From Promethearchaeota archaeon (lineage in GTDB: Archaea; Asgardarchaeota; Lokiarchaeia; Sigyniarchaeales; SOKP01): DNA of 64,000 nucleotides. The translations under genes and the position numbers were made by a program. The notes under the pieces are model-generated. The model worked only from the letters and a program-made list of their open reading frames with translations. It was not told where the DNA came from and did no database searches. The stretch is from NCBI GenBank assembly GCA_016839585.1, contig JAEOTZ010000042.1:3859-67858 (forward strand), written 5' to 3'. Each line of letters begins with the position of its first letter. The first letter of the stretch is position 1. This document shows positions 63,475-64,000 of this stretch, in pieces.

Positions 63475-64000
63475 CTAAATTAATTGTTCTTTAACTATAT
63501 TTAAGAACGGATCTATAGAAATAAAAGGAGAAACACCTTGTAACTCATGATTTTTAATTAATCCTAATAAATTAGGATCCATTCCGAAGGCTACTCCCAG
63601 GAGTTGAGTAATATATATTACAGGAATATGAAATGGTTCTCCAATTACATCTCCATAAAAATTATTTACCTCAACCTGCCCTAGGTCCAATTGAAGGTGG
63701 CAGAAAGGACAGCAGTTAATAATAATATCTACGCCTGCATCTCTCATATTCACTAATTTCTCCCGTGTAAAATCGGCTGCAACCTCTTTAACAGCAGTTC
63801 TAACAGCTCCACCAGCCCCACAACACATATATTTATCTTTGTAATCAATACTTTTTGCCCCTGTTATCTCAACAATTTCATCAAGAAATCTAGGAGCCTC
63901 ATATTCACCATTCCAAGGTCTTTTTTCACTTGGTTTTACAATATGGCAACCATAATGTACGGCTACCTTTAAATCTGAGAATTTAAGTTTGATAAAATCC
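63475..64000 (-). CDS. hdrB: HdrB-like CCG-domain protein; N-terminus lies outside the window
   Basis: The frame is open to the window edge. Translation: ..FIKLKFSDLKVAVHYGCHIVKPS...DKYMCCGAGGAVR...INCCPFCHLQL. This is the second CCG domain and C-terminus of HdrB. Confidence 0.75.
   Translation of the reverse strand, partial: DFIKLKFSDLKVAVHYGCHIVKPSEKRPWNGEYEAPRFLDEIVEITGAKSIDYKDKYMCCGAGGAVRTAVKEVAADFTREKLVNMRDAGVDIIINCCPFCHLQLDLGQVEVNNFYGDVIGEPFHIPVIYITQLLGVAFGMDPNLLGLIKNHELQGVSPFISIDPFLNIVKEQLI

Noticed and set aside
1-64000. Scan for tRNA/rRNA genes, CRISPR repeats, transposases, integrases and terminal inverted repeats.
   Set aside because: I found no GC-rich cloverleaf-sized islands, no regularly spaced direct repeats, and no ORF with transposase, integrase or Cas motifs. 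The only sizeable repeat is the tandem duplication at 1.5-3.8 kb.

Overview
This is a visibly AT-rich (not computed), densely coding archaeal chromosomal segment of about 60 genes. I saw no rRNA, tRNA, CRISPR array or mobile element.

Likely source (inference only): an Asgard (Loki-type) anaerobe. The content pointing there is fwdGFDBC formylmethanofuran dehydrogenase, an Fae domain, several Hdr/MvhD modules, class II (B12) ribonucleotide reductase, e-MtaB, AlaX, an Arf-like small GTPase with long extensions, a PHD/RING-like zinc finger protein, and Lys/Pro/Glu-rich tails.

Main non-routine observations:
1. 1.5-3.8 kb: a tandemly duplicated module. Each copy encodes a DUF1761-like membrane protein and, divergently, a PRXL2/SelU-like redoxin. 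Each redoxin ORF is interrupted by one in-frame TGA exactly at the redox Cys position and is followed by a conserved 3'-UTR hairpin. These are predicted selenoproteins with SECIS-like elements, and the ORF track missed them.
2. 6.9-9.6 kb: three tandem paralogues, each with an N-terminal TM hairpin plus a left-handed beta-helix (hexapeptide) domain, followed by a C-N hydrolase.
3. 51.8-64 kb: a redox super-cluster. It holds HdrD, a 1648-aa HdrA/GltD-like/HdrA/MvhD mega-fusion, and a convergent hdrB-hdrA-mvhD-flxCBA-like operon. In that operon the mvhD homologue has no canonical start codon and sits one base out of frame from hdrA.
4. 37.0-38.5 kb: a DapA-family aldolase fused to Fae.
5. 31.6-32.7 kb: a vWA-like protein with a PHD-consensus C4HC3 finger.

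All family assignments come from motif recognition by eye. No database search was possible.
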